Positions 62,590 through 64,000 of a stretch of 64,000 nucleotides of DNA are shown piece after piece. How positions within the stretch are numbered: position 1 is the stretch's first letter; each line of letters starts with the position of its first letter. Under the pieces are notes generated by a model. It saw nothing but the letters and a program-made list of their open reading frames with translations. It made no database searches and was not told where the DNA came from. The translations under genes were made by a program, and so were the position numbers. The stretch is taken from the NCBI RefSeq assembly GCF_009914755.1, contig NC_060926.1, one strand, 5' to 3'. Source of the DNA: the human T2T-CHM13v2.0 reference genome, Homo sapiens.

Positions 62590-63508
62590 TTGGTTTATTG
62601 TTTCTGCATAACAAAACACCCAAGATTCAGTAGCTTATAACAACGAAAATCATTTATTATCCCTTGAGAGTCTATGACCTGACAGTGTTCGATTAGATGC
62701 TTCTGCCACAGGCTTGCTGAGCTTTGGCTGGTGGACAATCTAAAATGGCTTGCTCACGTGACTGACAGTTAAGGCTGGTGTGTTAGCGTGGAGCTCAGCT
62801 GGAGCTGTAGCCAGATCACTTCGGTTTTACTCTATCTTTTTTTTTTTTTTTAATACTTTAAGTTTTAGGGTACATGTGCACAATGTGCAGGTTAGTTACA
62901 TATGTATACATGTGCCATGCTGGTGTGCTGCACCCATTAACTCGTCATTTAGCATTAGGTATATCTCCTAATGCTATCCCTCCCCCCTACCCCCACCCCA
63001 CAACAGTCCCCAGAGTGTGATGTTCCCCTTCCTGTGTCCATGTGTTCTTACTGTTCAATTCCCACCTATGAGTGAGAACATGCGGTGTTTGGTTTTTTGT
63101 CCTTGCGATAGTTTACTGAGAATGATGATTTCCAATTTCATCCATGTCCCTACAAAGGACATGAACTCATCATTTTTTATGGCTGCATAGTATTCCATGG
63201 TGTATATGTGCCACATTTTCTTAACCCAGCCTTTCATTGCTACAATATCCAAAATCTACTCTATCTTGTCTCTATGTGGTGAGCTTCTCTCAACATGGTC
63301 AAAGAGAGAGTATTCCCACTGCACAAAAGCAGAAGCTGATGATCTCTTCAGGCTCAGTCCTTGAAACTATATAGAATCATTTTCTTCATATTCTGTTGAT
63401 CAAATAAAGGTATAAATTCAGCCTAGATTTAGGAGGAAAAGGAATAAGTTATACCTTCCATGAAGAGGTGTGGCAAAGAATTTATAGGTACTTTTAATCT
63501 ACCATAGC
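62590..63508 (-). mobile_element. Old MLT1 LTR interrupted by L1PA
   Basis: tgcataacaaaacacccaa...cagtagctta...; cattttcttcatattctgttgatcaaa...tttaatctacca. Confidence 0.7.
62839..63256 (-). mobile_element. Young L1PA (PA2/3-type) 3' fragment
   Basis: Poly-T, little-diverged 3' UTR, ORF2 end MWHIYTMEYYAAIKNDEFMSF...MFSLIGGN; TSD tactctatctt (62828, 63257). Confidence 0.95.
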
Positions 63509-63565
63509 CCTCTCTATGACCAAAAATTATTTACATTCTTTCCACAGGCAAAAATACACACACCC

Positions 63566-64000
63566 TGTGTCAGTTTTCTAGGGCTGACATATCAAACTGC
63601 CTCCAAATGGGTGACTTAAAGCAAATATTTACTGTCTCTCAGTTTCAAAGGCAGAAGTGAGAAGTCAAGACGTCCACAGGGCCATGCTCCCTTGGAAACC
63701 TGGAGAGGAGCATACCTTCTGTCCTTTTCTAAATTTTGAGTTTGTCCGAAATCCTGGGTGTTTCTTGGCTTGTAGGTGTTTCATTCCAATCTCTGTTGCT
63801 ATAATCACATGGCCGTCTTCTCTGTGTGTCTCCTTTTTTCTTAAAAGCATATCAGTCCCACTGGATTAAGGGTTCACCCACCCTACTCCTTATGACCTTA
63901 TCTCCTTATAAGCTCCTATTACCTTATCTTAACTAATTACATTTACAATGACCTTATTTCCAAATAAGGTCACATTTTGAGGTATTAGTGGCCAGGGCTT
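63566..64000 (-). mobile_element. MLT1 (B/C/D-type) LTR
   Basis: tgtgtcagttttctagggctg...atcacatggccgtcttctctgtgtgtctc...atttccaaataaggtcacattttgaggta. Confidence 0.85.

Overview
Primate (human-like) non-coding, AT-rich genomic DNA dominated by transposable elements. It holds about 17 Alu copies or monomers (several nested or fused), a 4.5-kb 5'-truncated L1PA7/8-type element, a young truncated L1PA, old L1M/L2/MIR remnants, about 12 LTRs (MaLR THE1/MST/MLT1, ERVL MLT2 and LTR32/LTR18-like, ERV1 LTR2, LTR1 and MER4-group) and DNA transposons (MER33, MER5A, MER58, Tigger3b). I could not support any intact protein-coding gene; nearly all listed ORFs are Alu/L1/LTR-derived or random. The one gene-derived feature is an intronless, disabled ferritin heavy chain (FTH1) retrocopy at about 49850-50655. 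It is heavily decayed yet forms a dense CpG island, has a destroyed iron-responsive element and carries a G-quadruplex/GC-box insertion, which makes it the best candidate for exapted regulatory function. Other leads are a TATA+Inr core promoter with nuclear-receptor sites at about 20.7-21.0 kb, intact DUX4 motifs in THE1 LTRs, a cluster of three solo LTRs, perfect palindromes and a probable twin-priming L1 junction. I see no evidence of a new multi-gene system. Repeat subfamily names come from recalled consensus features, and boundaries of old repeats are approximate.
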